A stretch of DNA of 37,056 nt from a virus, in IMG/VR virus record IMGVR_UViG_3300042731_004196, positions 1 to 37,056 of that record; one strand, 5' to 3'. Shown one piece after another: positions 21,275 to 30,579 of this stretch. The position numbers and the translations under genes are program-made. Positions within the stretch are counted from its first letter, which is position 1. Each line of letters begins with the position of its first letter. Under the pieces are notes generated by a model. That model was not told where the DNA came from, ran no database searches, and saw only the letters and a program-made list of their open reading frames with translations.

Positions 21275-22345
21275 TCAGTAAGTGTAAACGGGCGCGCCGC
21301 CTGTGGCGGTTGCCGAGCTGGTCAGCGTTCCGCCACCGGAGAGAATCGGCGCCGGAGGCCCCTGCCTCTGTCCTGCCATATACCGCCCGACCCCGTACCC
21401 CTGCAGCCCACCGGACAACGCGCTGGCAAACGGGCTGACCGAGGAGAGGCCCGCCCCTTGCTGCGCCGTGTTCCCGAAACCCTGTGTCGTCGCATACGAC
21501 TGGAATGGCGACATGGCGCCCTGTACCCAACCCAGGCGCTGCCAGGGCTCGCCGTACTGATGCTGGAAGCGCGCCATCGCATCCTGCAGCGCCCTCCCTT
21601 GGTAGCCTTCCACCTGCTGCCCCGCGACCATCATCGCCTGCGCGGGCGCAAGCTGGTTCTGGAGCATCGCCCCTGTCGCCCCCAGAGCGCCCTGCTGGGC
21701 TCCCAGGCCCTGACCATAGGCGCCGAGGTTGGTTTGCGTTTGCGCGTCCGCTATGGCGCGCTGCGTATCTCCTATGGCCCTTCCCTGCATCAGGCCGTGG
21801 CGACCCGAGCCGAGGGCATTGACTTGCAAGGCGCCCTGGTTGACCTGGGGCAGGATGTTCTCTCGCAGGTTCTGGGTCAGATTTCTCTGCGTCATCTGGT
21901 TTATCGCTTGAACGTAGGGGTTGTCCGCGATGTTGGCGGCGCCAGAGAGAAAGCCGTAGTTCTGCTGTGCACGATTCAGATAGGACTGCATCCCCGTTTG
22001 CGCAGCCCTCATCGCGGCGTTGACGCCCATTTGCGTCGGCTGGCTCGGCGCTACGTAGGTCGGTCCTGGGAAAAATGGCGTCGGCACCTGCCCCATTGCC
22101 TGCGTGCCACCAGAAAGCATTCCGAGCAGTGGCTGGACTGCGGGGTGCGGGGTTGCCTGCGACCACGTGCGCTGGCTCGATGTTGCATTGCCCGCGGCCT
22201 CCTGCGCCTTGGCCTGCTGTTTCGCAGACAGGAATGACCCGGCGGCGCCGATAGCCGCAGCCGCAATCGGAAGCCAACGGCAATGGCGCGCGTTCTCGCC
22301 GCACTCGAATTGCTCGTATTTTGCCGCGTGATTTCGCTTGCTCAT
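21275..22345 (-). CDS. Gln/Gly/Ala-rich virion protein with an N-terminal hydrophobic segment (about 356 aa)
   Basis: ATG 22345 overlaps the upstream stop (ATGA). LPIAAAAIGAAGSFL looks like a TM segment. Confidence 0.65.
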   Translation of the reverse strand: MSKRNHAAKYEQFECGENARHCRWLPIAAAAIGAAGSFLSAKQQAKAQEAAGNATSSQRTWSQATPHPAVQPLLGMLSGGTQAMGQVPTPFFPGPTYVAPSQPTQMGVNAAMRAAQTGMQSYLNRAQQNYGFLSGAANIADNPYVQAINQMTQRNLTQNLRENILPQVNQGALQVNALGSGRHGLMQGRAIGDTQRAIADAQTQTNLGAYGQGLGAQQGALGATGAMLQNQLAPAQAMMVAGQQVEGYQGRALQDAMARFQHQYGEPWQRLGWVQGAMSPFQSYATTQGFGNTAQQGAGLSSVSPFASALSGGLQGYGVGRYMAGQRQGPPAPILSGGGTLTSSATATGGAPVYTY

Positions 22346-22605
22346 AACTTTACCCAACTCATGCCGTTGTAGACGTAGACACCAGCGCCTGACCCCGGAT
22401 TCCAATTGGTCCCGTCAGCATAGGCGACCCGGCCCTCTCGTGGCTTTGGCGGCGCCTCGTGCAAAACCGGCAACTGGTGCACGCCCCGCAAGCCCTTGAA
22501 CACCTCGAAGAATTCGCGTCGAAGAAAATCCAGCAGGATCGGGTCGGCATCGACGCCTGGCACCTGCGCCGGGTAATACTGCTGGACGTGCGTCAGGTCA
22601 GGCAT
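22342..22605 (-). CDS. Hypothetical tail-associated protein (87 aa)
   Basis: ATG 22605 shares one nt with the upstream TGA. The C-terminal YADGTNWNPGSGAGVYVYNG motif is common in phage tail proteins. Confidence 0.6.
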   Translation of the reverse strand: MPDLTHVQQYYPAQVPGVDADPILLDFLRREFFEVFKGLRGVHQLPVLHEAPPKPREGRVAYADGTNWNPGSGAGVYVYNGMSWVKL

Positions 22606-24245
22606 CAGCGTAACCCCGCGTGTTCCCATTCAATGTTGATGGCGCCCAGCGTCCATCGTCCAAGCCCTTCGGACTCGACGCGCCAGGCGATGTAACGACC
22701 CGTTATCCGGGGGTCCAGGACGTGTTGGTTGTCGAGGTAGAGTTCGTGCACAGTCGGATCCCAGGTTATCTTCCCTTTTACGCTCTCCTGCCCGCCGAAT
22801 TGAACCTTCAAAGGCACCTGGTCGTTGCTGGTATCAACCAGGTCGCCCTCGACCTCGAGAATCGCCCAGTTGACCTGGGTCACCCCCTTAGCGCCCTCAA
22901 TAGGCAATGAGTCCCGTTCAACAACGCAGAGCTTTGCCGACCCGTCCGAATTTGACCCGTCGAAGGTCTGCGAAACCAGCCACCATTCGGTATCAGCCGC
23001 ATCGGATTCGTACATGAGCAGGCTCGGAGTAGAGGGCTGCTCGACGCCCTTGTTCCACGACGCACCGTCCTGGGTGTCCCACACCAGACTATCGGCAGTG
23101 CCCCAGGTCGGTGACGCGCTCGATGCGTCGGTAACGAATCCAACATCAAACCCATAGCCGTTGTTTAGTTCCAGGCGGGCGAATGTGCTCTCTTCTGAAT
23201 TGTAGACCAGCGCGAACTGGCAGAACTTCGATGCGTCAGATGTCGGATAGGCGAGATAGAGCCGATTGCGGTAAGCATCGAAAAACACCTGCGCGTTATC
23301 CCAATTCTCCTCCGCAATGGCGTCGAACATCGCATTTCGCGCATGCCCATCGAGCAGAGACCGGCTGTTTTGCCCGTCAAACAGGTAGACATCTGAGGTG
23401 GTCAACACCACAAGATGCCCGCGCATTTCGCAAAAGCCTTTTGGGTTGCGGGTGCCGATGCCACCCTTCAGCCGCGAGACCTGGTGGATATACGGTCCGC
23501 CGATCCAGCGCATGGAATACACGGCGTCTTCCTTGACGATGTAAAGCTGGTCGCGCACGTGGCAGCCGCCAACAATGACACCTTCCGTTTCGCCCAGAAT
23601 GTCGTCGCCTGCGTCGTTGGTCGCCGCAATCGTCCATGTGGTCGGCAGCGCGCCCTCCGCGGCCGAATTCGACCACCGGATCTTGTGCGGGTATTCATTA
23701 GCGCCCTCGGTCATGCCAAGCGCTACCAGGGCGTAACGGTACGCGGCAATCTCCGCGCAACGCCACGTGCTCGTCCAACCCGGAGCGGCAATCAGCACAG
23801 TCGCGGTGCCGCCCCAGTAGAACAGCCCGTCGCTGGCAGAATTGACGACCAGGATGCCGTTTAGGGTCGCAAAGGTCACACGCCCGCTTGACCAGGGGAC
23901 CGAGGCGCCCGCGGGAGTGTCGTCGTCGGTCGGCGTAATCTTCTCGCCAGTACCGTCTCCGAGAATGTCATAGGCCCAGACGTTGACGCCGTCCGAGATA
24001 ATGACCCACTGCGCCTGAGAATCATCGACCCACGAGCGGTGATAGAGCGGGCGCACGTCGAGCAGCGGCCGTGTGGCCCATGTCGTGCCCTCCCAGATGA
24101 GACGCTCGCCGGGGGATGAAGATATAGCGCCGTCCTCGGCCACAACATTACTTGCCTCAGTCAGCGCATTGAGGGGCAACAGGTTCGGTGGCACATCGGT
24201 ACTCAGACCGACTTGTCCAAGGTTTTCGATGCGTAAGTCAGGCAC
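22605..24245 (-). CDS. Tail structural protein (546 aa), probably a tail tube/nozzle-type protein
   Basis: Size and position between the fibre genes and the internal proteins. No enzymatic motif. The specific role is a guess. Confidence 0.6.
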   Translation of the reverse strand: MPDLRIENLGQVGLSTDVPPNLLPLNALTEASNVVAEDGAISSSPGERLIWEGTTWATRPLLDVRPLYHRSWVDDSQAQWVIISDGVNVWAYDILGDGTGEKITPTDDDTPAGASVPWSSGRVTFATLNGILVVNSASDGLFYWGGTATVLIAAPGWTSTWRCAEIAAYRYALVALGMTEGANEYPHKIRWSNSAAEGALPTTWTIAATNDAGDDILGETEGVIVGGCHVRDQLYIVKEDAVYSMRWIGGPYIHQVSRLKGGIGTRNPKGFCEMRGHLVVLTTSDVYLFDGQNSRSLLDGHARNAMFDAIAEENWDNAQVFFDAYRNRLYLAYPTSDASKFCQFALVYNSEESTFARLELNNGYGFDVGFVTDASSASPTWGTADSLVWDTQDGASWNKGVEQPSTPSLLMYESDAADTEWWLVSQTFDGSNSDGSAKLCVVERDSLPIEGAKGVTQVNWAILEVEGDLVDTSNDQVPLKVQFGGQESVKGKITWDPTVHELYLDNQHVLDPRITGRYIAWRVESEGLGRWTLGAINIEWEHAGLR

Positions 24246-24528
24246 CGGGGGCGCCCCGCGCGCGTTCCAGCTCGTCTACCCTGGAACGCATTGCCGCGAG
24301 TTCGCTTTCTAGGGCGCGAACCCTATCCTCAACAGTCGGCGCATTTGGGTCGGGCACGACAACGGGATCGGGGTCTTCTATGGTCCCGCCTCCCCGCAGA
24401 AACTCCTGTAAGTGTGCGTTGTGCCAAGACCGGCAGGGGAAAGGCATGTGCCACTCTTCGCCAGTGTCCAACGAAACCACCAACGAGGATCTGTCTTGGT
24501 TTGCGTACTTCGCCGCCAGAATATTCAT
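24238..24528 (-). CDS. Hypothetical protein with a C-terminal coiled coil (96 aa)
   Basis: ATGA overlap with the fibre gene stop. Confidence 0.55.
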   Translation of the reverse strand: MNILAAKYANQDRSSLVVSLDTGEEWHMPFPCRSWHNAHLQEFLRGGGTIEDPDPVVVPDPNAPTVEDRVRALESELAAMRSRVDELERARGAPGA

Positions 24529-25847
24529 AGCTCGGCGTCCAAGGCGATTGTCCCGTAGCAGCGATAAGTGCCCGCTGTTGCGTTTTTATCAACGCGAACT
24601 GAAAAAAAGTCTGCCGTGGCCACTGCGTCATTAAGGGAACAATTCGTGTATGTGAAGCTCGATAGTGTCATTGTCGGGCTCGCCCGCATTATCGGCGCTA
24701 TTTGACCAAACAAGCCGGCCATAAAACCTGCACTGGCCGCGCTGTATCTGGACCCCGACTGGTTGCCGTTAACAACCAATTTCCGGTAGTACCGACGACA
24801 AAGAGCGGTTTCTTCGGCAATCGGCCTCCGCTCGAACTCAGTCACCGCATCACCGATCTCGACCTGAACCTGCGCAATGTCGAATGTGCCGCTTTGGTTG
24901 CCGAGCGTGTCTGTCTGGCTGTCGTAAGTCGAACCGGCGTCAAGCCAAATACTAAAGGCAAGATAATCGTTACCGTCTGTCCCGAGCGTTTTCCCCGCAA
25001 TCGAGGGAATGCTTGCCGTCGCAGTGTACTTCGCCCAGGAAGTCGTTAGGGAAAACTTGGTGACACCGATTGCCGTGACGATCGTTGATGGACTGCCCCC
25101 TGTTCCGAAGCTCTGAAAGAACTCGATAGATACATCTTTCGCAGCATCAGCCTTGGCCCAGAATGAGACAGCGACCGTCTTGCCTGCCGATGTCAGCACG
25201 CTTTCAATGCGTTGCGACTTAAGGCAATAATCGCCCGCGCCGCTTCCCGTGGCCACAACCGTGCGGCTGTAATACTTCGGGTTTCCAGGAACGTCGGTTT
25301 GCCCCAAGGTAAAGGTCTGCCGAGAATGCGTCTTCGTCGTGGACCCCGAATGTGAATTCCTCCATCTGTCGTCGGACCCATACGCAGTCGTCGTTTGCGA
25401 CGTAGCGCGCTCCCAGAGGTCGAAATTACCGTTTATCAACAAATTCTTTCGCGCAGTCGCAGATGTCCCAACCCATGAGCCATCGTCGCGCAGGAACCGA
25501 CTCGATTCGGTAACGGGATCGGGAACAGGCCCTGATGTGCCCGCGCCGGCGAAAGCCACAGCCAGGGCATCGAGCGCTGCGTCCAGGTCGGTCTGATTGG
25601 CCAGCGTCCCGCCGATGTCTCCCCACTGGGTATCGACGAGTGTCGGCGTCAAGGCGACCCACGCATTGTTCTGCGAGACGTAAGCAGCCCCATCGTCCGG
25701 GTCCAGGCCCATCGCTCCAATATGAGTGCGTACGCTGGTCGGGACGGGGCTTTCACCCAGACCGTCCCACACCATGTCGAAGAGCGGCTGCATATTTCCG
25801 GCGCAAAACCGGGTCGTGTAGTCCACCACGACAGGCTTATCAGCCAT
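24525..25847 (-). CDS. Tail fibre / receptor-binding protein (440 aa)
   Basis: N-terminal fibre-type motifs (TLANQTDLDAALDAL, FLRDDGSWVG) and a beta-rich C-terminal domain. Confidence 0.72.
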   Translation of the reverse strand: MADKPVVVDYTTRFCAGNMQPLFDMVWDGLGESPVPTSVRTHIGAMGLDPDDGAAYVSQNNAWVALTPTLVDTQWGDIGGTLANQTDLDAALDALAVAFAGAGTSGPVPDPVTESSRFLRDDGSWVGTSATARKNLLINGNFDLWERATSQTTTAYGSDDRWRNSHSGSTTKTHSRQTFTLGQTDVPGNPKYYSRTVVATGSGAGDYCLKSQRIESVLTSAGKTVAVSFWAKADAAKDVSIEFFQSFGTGGSPSTIVTAIGVTKFSLTTSWAKYTATASIPSIAGKTLGTDGNDYLAFSIWLDAGSTYDSQTDTLGNQSGTFDIAQVQVEIGDAVTEFERRPIAEETALCRRYYRKLVVNGNQSGSRYSAASAGFMAGLFGQIAPIMRASPTMTLSSFTYTNCSLNDAVATADFFSVRVDKNATAGTYRCYGTIALDAEL

Positions 25848-26091
25848 CGCGCGCGCCTTCTATCGCTATCGCCTTCTCGTCGCGCCTGGCCAGCATGGCG
25901 TTGCGTGTTGACTCGATCGCCGCACCGACTGAGTAGGTCTGCTGGTAGGTGGCGACCTGCGCCTGCACCATTTCCGTGAGGGCGCAGGACTTATCGACCC
26001 GCATTTCCTGTGTGGCCTGGTTCATCTTCTGAACCTCGACCTGCCACAAGCATTGGTCGCACACATGGCCGAGGGGGCAGGTTCTCTCCAT
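25840..26091 (-). CDS. Hypothetical Cys-containing protein (83 aa)
   Basis: ATG 26091 shares one nt with the upstream TGA. CPLGHVCDQC motif. Confidence 0.5.
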   Translation of the reverse strand: MERTCPLGHVCDQCLWQVEVQKMNQATQEMRVDKSCALTEMVQAQVATYQQTYSVGAAIESTRNAMLARRDEKAIAIEGARDG

Positions 26092-26702
26092 CAGGACCTC
26101 GTGCAAAGAATCATATTCATGTGCCGCGGCACCCAGTTTCCGACAGTGCCCGTGCCTGGGTTGCCTGATGTCAGGCTGATGGGGTGCGTGTGGTTCGACG
26201 CCGTGGACATCGCAACGCCGCGCATGTCTGCCCCAGTCGTCCAGCCAACGTTTCCGTCGCCGGAAGAGTTTTCCATGTACACACGACCGCTGGTCGACTG
26301 GTGATTGTGTGCTCCGCCCCCTGCGGTATTGCCGGAAACCGGGTGCGTATGATTCGGGGTCTTGTTGTTTAGCACCGGGTCATCGGAACCAGACGTTGAT
26401 CCACCCGCATCCGCCGTCTTCTGCACCTTGACGCCATAGGTGGAGTTGACCGTAGCCCGAACCCACCCGGTGGGGGCTGCCGCCTGGTAGAACAGCAATT
26501 TCGAACCGGATTCAACGCTACCGCGATTGATTTCAGTGTCGGTAAGCGTGATAGGACCATCGACGCTCGGGAACGTCTTTTTCAAGACATTTTTGATGCC
26601 CCGAAGGTGATCGTCGCCGGCAGAACGATAGTCGGTCCCTTCGGGCCAACTGGCATTCAGTGCGTCGATGTATTTCGAGCCTGTCAGATCCTCTAGGGCC
26701 AT
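26091..26702 (-). CDS. Tail fibre/collar-type protein with HxH repeats (203 aa)
   Basis: GDDHLRGIKNVLKKTFP at the N-terminus; NHTHPVSG, GAHNHQ and NHTHPIS HxH motifs; a C-terminal PRHMNMILC collar-like ending. Confidence 0.72.
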   Translation of the reverse strand: MALEDLTGSKYIDALNASWPEGTDYRSAGDDHLRGIKNVLKKTFPSVDGPITLTDTEINRGSVESGSKLLFYQAAAPTGWVRATVNSTYGVKVQKTADAGGSTSGSDDPVLNNKTPNHTHPVSGNTAGGGAHNHQSTSGRVYMENSSGDGNVGWTTGADMRGVAMSTASNHTHPISLTSGNPGTGTVGNWVPRHMNMILCTRS

Positions 26703-26731
26703 TTTCAGCGTCTCCGGTTAAGAAGCATCTT

Positions 26732-26941
26732 TCAGTTCAGGACACAGACCGCCGCGCAAGTGCCCGGGCTGCCCCACACCACGTCACCGCCTGGGGCGCA
26801 AGATATGACGTAGCAGGCAATGGCCTGGCAACTGATCGATGAGGACTCATCATCGGGTAGCCACTGATTCGTAGTCTCACAATCACCTGCGTCTTGCCAT
26901 TGCGCGGTGTCATGTTCTTTAAGCGTCCAGCATGATGTCAT
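26732..26941 (-). CDS. Small acidic protein with 8 cysteines (69 aa)
   Basis: ATG 26941 forms an ATGA overlap with the upstream stop. No homologue recognised. Confidence 0.45.
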   Translation of the reverse strand: MTSCWTLKEHDTAQWQDAGDCETTNQWLPDDESSSISCQAIACYVISCAPGGDVVWGSPGTCAAVCVLN

Positions 26942-27549
26942 GCCGCCCTCACAACAGGACTTGATCCGATATTCTGACCCCAACCCTGTCTAATCGCCGC
27001 AGCAAGCGCCGTCTCGAACTGCGCGCGCCAATCGGGCAAGTTCTTCGCGTCTTTGGTAAAAATCGCCACCTGCTTAAGCATCCCATAGACGTATAGGTTG
27101 GCGAAGTACCGGCTCACCCAGTTCTCATCGCTATCGCTTTCCAGCCCTCGCAGGAATGCGTAGTAGTCCATATCGAACATGGCGCCGCGCGTCGGTGTCG
27201 GATACACCTCTAAGCAGTTCCCGCGCTCAATGTAGCTGTAATCCGGAATGTTCCCGCGCAGTGTCGGTGGGTATTGCTTGTAGTCTTTGCCTTCGGGGCC
27301 CACCAGAGAGCGCAACCTCGCCATGTTCGTTGGCAACGGCAGGATGTTTGTGTCCGTCGCGTACGGCTGCCCCTGCGAGTCGAGCGTCGGAATCGTGTAC
27401 TGCGTGTTGGCCTGATTGCGCGGGTGGTCGCGCAAGGCCGTATTCAGCTCGCCGTCGAGAACCGACAAAAGCGACGCCAGGTTATCGTCACTCAGCGTCG
27501 GTCGGTTGGCGAGCGTCTTTGCGGTGTCGAAGATTTGCCTGCGATTCAC
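26938..27549 (-). CDS. Virion protein, possibly a head-tail adaptor (203 aa)
   Basis: GTG 27549 is preceded by a strong AAGGAGG. Position between the head and tail genes. The role is inferred from position only. Confidence 0.55.
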   Translation of the reverse strand: MNRRQIFDTAKTLANRPTLSDDNLASLLSVLDGELNTALRDHPRNQANTQYTIPTLDSQGQPYATDTNILPLPTNMARLRSLVGPEGKDYKQYPPTLRGNIPDYSYIERGNCLEVYPTPTRGAMFDMDYYAFLRGLESDSDENWVSRYFANLYVYGMLKQVAIFTKDAKNLPDWRAQFETALAAAIRQGWGQNIGSSPVVRAA

Positions 27550-27580
27550 ATCGATAACCTCCTTGGCGCCAAGCTGCCGA

Positions 27581-27748
27581 TCATCCCCGAAGTCCCAGGC
27601 GAATAGCCTCTTCGGACTGTGCCGCCATGTGAGCGATTTCCTTCGCCCTCTCTACCCCATTCACGATTCGCCGGGCGTGAAAGTAGTCCACTTGATTATA
27701 GTCGATGTAGTCGTTCAGCCCCTTGCCTGTGAAGTCACCGTCGAGCAT
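27581..27748 (-). CDS. Hypothetical protein (55 aa)
   Basis: ATG 27748. Fills the gap in the late operon. Weak SD. Confidence 0.35.
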   Translation of the reverse strand: MLDGDFTGKGLNDYIDYNQVDYFHARRIVNGVERAKEIAHMAAQSEEAIRLGLRG

Positions 27749-27760
27749 CGATTTCAATCT

Positions 27761-28015
27761 TCATGCGGCGAATCTCGTCTGAAACTGGGTGGCGAACCAG
27801 GCCGCCTTGCGCAACGGGTGAACGGGGGGCTCCCTCGCCGTCTCGTACCCCACGATTTCGTGGCAATTTGAACAAATCACCGCGCAATATTCTCCGCGGA
27901 CTTTGGACCTCTGCACAAGCCCGCGCATCATTGCCCTAAAAGGCGCGCTGTTGCAGTTCGGGCAATTTACAAATGCCTCTGGCGCATCTTTTAACCAGGT
28001 CGCCTCTATAGGCAT
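27761..28015 (-). CDS. Zinc-ribbon protein (84 aa)
   Basis: CPNC...CSNC pair. Confidence 0.5.
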   Translation of the reverse strand: MPIEATWLKDAPEAFVNCPNCNSAPFRAMMRGLVQRSKVRGEYCAVICSNCHEIVGYETAREPPVHPLRKAAWFATQFQTRFAA

Positions 28016-28018
28016 GAG

Positions 28019-28429
28019 TTACTGTCCTTCCTGGTCAGGCGTGTCCGGCAATGCTTGGATCCCCAGGCGCCCGGCGATAATGCGGATAGCAGAGACATGC
28101 CAGGCGCGCAATTTGCCCTCTTCGACGCGCAGCGTATTGGCGACACTGATGCTGTCTTCTATCTGCTGCGACAACGATTTCAGAATCGATTTGCGGTCAC
28201 GCACCTCGGCGAGTAGTTGTTCGAGCACCGCACTTGCCCTGTTCTGTGCCGCAATACTGGCAAGCGTCATCTCGATCTGCCGGCCGCGGGCCATGGCCTC
28301 TGAGACGCGCCACTCTTCGAGCACGGTGACAACCTTTTCGGTCATCGTCACGGCAAGACCTGTGAGCGCGAGAATCACCGACACCACGGCGCCGATCCAT
28401 GCGGTGGCTTGTTTAGCGTTGTTGCTCAT
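28019..28429 (-). CDS. Membrane-anchored coiled-coil protein (136 aa); i-spanin-like topology
   Basis: ATG 28429. N-terminal TM segment AWIGAVVSVILALTGLAVTM followed by a helical, charged region. No partner lipoprotein ORF nearby. Confidence 0.55.
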   Translation of the reverse strand: MSNNAKQATAWIGAVVSVILALTGLAVTMTEKVVTVLEEWRVSEAMARGRQIEMTLASIAAQNRASAVLEQLLAEVRDRKSILKSLSQQIEDSISVANTLRVEEGKLRAWHVSAIRIIAGRLGIQALPDTPDQEGQ

Positions 28430-28436
28430 TATGTAA

Positions 28437-28697
28437 TCAGTTCGCCAGCGTCGAAATCTCGGTGGATGTAAGATCCCTGTTGTGGATGCGCGGGCCATCG
28501 ATCGATCCTTCGAACAACTCCTCATCACGTTGCCCGCCATCACGTGACCTTACGCGCACCTGCGTATTCGTGGCTACGCAGAAATACAGATATGAGCTGC
28601 CCCAAGACCATTGCCCGCGCGTTCCTGTCGATGTCGGGGTTGCCGGAGGCACCACGCAGCAATATAGATACGATCGATAGCCATTAACCAGGGCCAC
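28437..28697 (-). CDS. Hypothetical protein (86 aa)
   Basis: GTG 28697. GQWSWGSSYLYFCVATNTQVRV resembles a motif seen in small phage structural-module proteins. Confidence 0.45.
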   Translation of the reverse strand: MALVNGYRSYLYCCVVPPATPTSTGTRGQWSWGSSYLYFCVATNTQVRVRSRDGGQRDEELFEGSIDGPRIHNRDLTSTEISTLAN

Positions 28698-28851
28698 CAG
28701 CCCGGTAATAGTTGCCGACCCCTTTGGCGCAAACGCCCTTGCCGACGTGCTGGGCGAAAGGCCCCTGCACCCCGGACGTACGCAACATGACCAGCTTGTT
28801 GCCAGGCCGAGGGCATTTGAGTCGTTTCGTCCTGTTCGTCTTGTTCGCCAT
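28684..28851 (-). CDS. Hypothetical basic protein (55 aa)
   Basis: ATG 28851 has GAGG 6 nt upstream. Not in the supplied ORF track (under 60 aa). Confidence 0.4.
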   Translation of the reverse strand: MANKTNRTKRLKCPRPGNKLVMLRTSGVQGPFAQHVGKGVCAKGVGNYYRAGGPG

Positions 28852-28860
28852 ATCCGCCTC

Positions 28861-29094
28861 TCAGATTGCAGCAGTAGGGGGGTCAGCGCAACAGTCCTGC
28901 GCCAGAGCCGCTCCTCCGAGATGGGAGCCCCACCCGGCGGCCCAGGCAGCGTTCGCCTCGCTGCCAGCCTGGTGTGGGTTGGTGCTCAAAAGGTCACCGG
29001 CCACCGCAGCCGCTCGACCCTCGCAATAGGCCTTGGTGTTGACGATCCCGACATGCTGATTGGGGTGAGTGCTTCCATCACATCGATTGCTCAT
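28861..29094 (-). CDS. Hypothetical protein (77 aa)
   Basis: ATGA overlap with the upstream gene. Confidence 0.5.
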   Translation of the reverse strand: MSNRCDGSTHPNQHVGIVNTKAYCEGRAAAVAGDLLSTNPHQAGSEANAAWAAGWGSHLGGAALAQDCCADPPTAAI

Positions 29095-29408
29095 AGTTTC
29101 GCCTCGCGCGTCTTAAGTTTGCAGTAGTCCCGAAGATTGGAGAGCTCGATTAGCTCCTCCGCAGTCGGCGCGCGCCCAAGCGTGTGCCAAAGCTGCTCAT
29201 ACAATTCCATCGGGACTCCCGCTGCATGATGGTAATGTACCCCTTTCTCGTCTTTGAACCCTTTCGGGGTGTCGGCTCTCAGCGCCGCATTGCGGTCCAA
29301 GACGCCCTGTGTGCCCTTGTACCTGGTGCGCAGGGTAAATCCTGTCTCATCGGGGACAATGAACTGACGATGCGTCTCATCGTCATCGAAGAGTAGTTCT
29401 GTCGGCAT
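29091..29408 (-). CDS. Hypothetical head-module protein (105 aa)
   Basis: Immediately downstream of the major capsid gene. Confidence 0.6.
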   Translation of the reverse strand: MPTELLFDDDETHRQFIVPDETGFTLRTRYKGTQGVLDRNAALRADTPKGFKDEKGVHYHHAAGVPMELYEQLWHTLGRAPTAEELIELSNLRDYCKLKTREAKL

Positions 29409-29450
29409 GATGCCCTCCGAAAAGCCCCCGTTACCGGGGGCTTGCTCTCA

Positions 29451-30563
29451 TCAGGCGGTCATCGCAGCCGTGCGGTCAATATCCGCCACAACGCCGTTGC
29501 CCATCTCCTGCTTGTAGATCAGGGTGTAGTCCACCAGCAACAGTCTCTTAGTGGCGTCCCCGGACGAGGCCACCTTCTTGGTCTGGAAGGGACGCAGGTA
29601 CCCGGTAGCCCACAAGCTCATGTCCAGGATGAACACGTCGTCAGTGGGGAACCCGGCGTGTGCGCCGGCGCCTCCGGAGCGCTGATACCCCTGGTAGCGG
29701 TTCGGGATAATCTTCAACGCGCCGAAATCGGAAATATACACGTCGACCGAGGACTGCGCGGCCGCACCGCCGTTCGAGCGCTTCTGACCCACGTCCGAGT
29801 ACAACGCGGCAACCCGCGCACTGGAACTGAACAGGTAGGCCGACAACACTCGCTTTATCGCCGGGGACACCATAATGGTATCCGCCTCACCGCCGTTGTT
29901 GTAGATCGCCTCGATGGAAGTATCCAGCAGCGTCTGGGTCAAGGCCCGCTCAGTCCCCGCGGTCGCGGCATCGGGGATGCCGTCCGCTCCGACACCCCCA
30001 TTGGCCCCGGTCGCACCGACCAGCGCCGTGTCCTGCTCTGGGGAAGCCGCGTCACGAAAACAGGCGCGCAGACCGCCCATAAGCGGCGCGGTGTTGCCAT
30101 CCAGATCCGCAACAGCGGACACGTTGCCCGTGAGGATGGCTTCCATGTCCCTCTTGAGCGCCTTCGCGGCTTTCGCGAGCTGGTAGCTTAGCTCGGATGA
30201 GCGCCCCGCCTTGTTGACCTTATCCGCACGCCCCGAGACGATCAAAGACTTGGTGCTGATCTGGCAGGTGTTGCCAACCCGGCGGGCGTTGGAACTGGAG
30301 TCGGTGCCAATGTCGGCGCCGTCCTTAGCCGCGTTCGCGTCGTTGGGCTCGGCCAAGTCATCCTGCTGCCAGGACGTGAAGGTATCCGAGCAGCTTTCCC
30401 GCCCAATGCCAGACATGAAAGGTGCCTGAGTCGGGGAGATGTTATAGATGGCGTTCATGAAATCTTCACGAACGTTGTCCCCGGTGCGGTCCAGGAGCGA
30501 ATCGCCCCCGCCGGAGGTATCAGTCAGATCGATACGCTGGAAATAGTCTTGCGGAGCAGCCAT
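29451..30563 (-). CDS. Major capsid protein (370 aa)
   Basis: Follows the scaffold gene. FTSWQQDDLA...NTCQISTKSLIVSGRADKVNKAGRSSELSYQL..ALKRDMEAIL resembles the HK97-fold capsid family of epsilon15/BPP-1-type podoviruses, from memory. Confidence 0.82.
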   Translation of the reverse strand: MAAPQDYFQRIDLTDTSGGGDSLLDRTGDNVREDFMNAIYNISPTQAPFMSGIGRESCSDTFTSWQQDDLAEPNDANAAKDGADIGTDSSSNARRVGNTCQISTKSLIVSGRADKVNKAGRSSELSYQLAKAAKALKRDMEAILTGNVSAVADLDGNTAPLMGGLRACFRDAASPEQDTALVGATGANGGVGADGIPDAATAGTERALTQTLLDTSIEAIYNNGGEADTIMVSPAIKRVLSAYLFSSSARVAALYSDVGQKRSNGGAAAQSSVDVYISDFGALKIIPNRYQGYQRSGGAGAHAGFPTDDVFILDMSLWATGYLRPFQTKKVASSGDATKRLLLVDYTLIYKQEMGNGVVADIDRTAAMTA

Positions 30564-30579
30564 TGTGGGTTACCTCGGG

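Noticed and set aside
19581-22304. Long alternative-frame and antisense ORFs (19581-20642 +, 21261-22304 -, 21458-22237 +)
   Set aside because: They overlap well-supported late genes (the SLT protein and the Q/G/A-rich protein). Their composition is Arg/Pro-rich and shadow-like.
22605-26702. Diversity-generating retroelement targeting the tail fibre genes (as in BPP-1-type phages)
   Set aside because: No reverse transcriptase gene exists anywhere in the window, and I saw no template/variable repeat pair.
28197-28400. Embedded o-spanin inside the i-spanin-like gene
   Set aside because: The out-of-frame 67-aa ORF is Arg/Asp-rich and has no signal peptide or lipobox.
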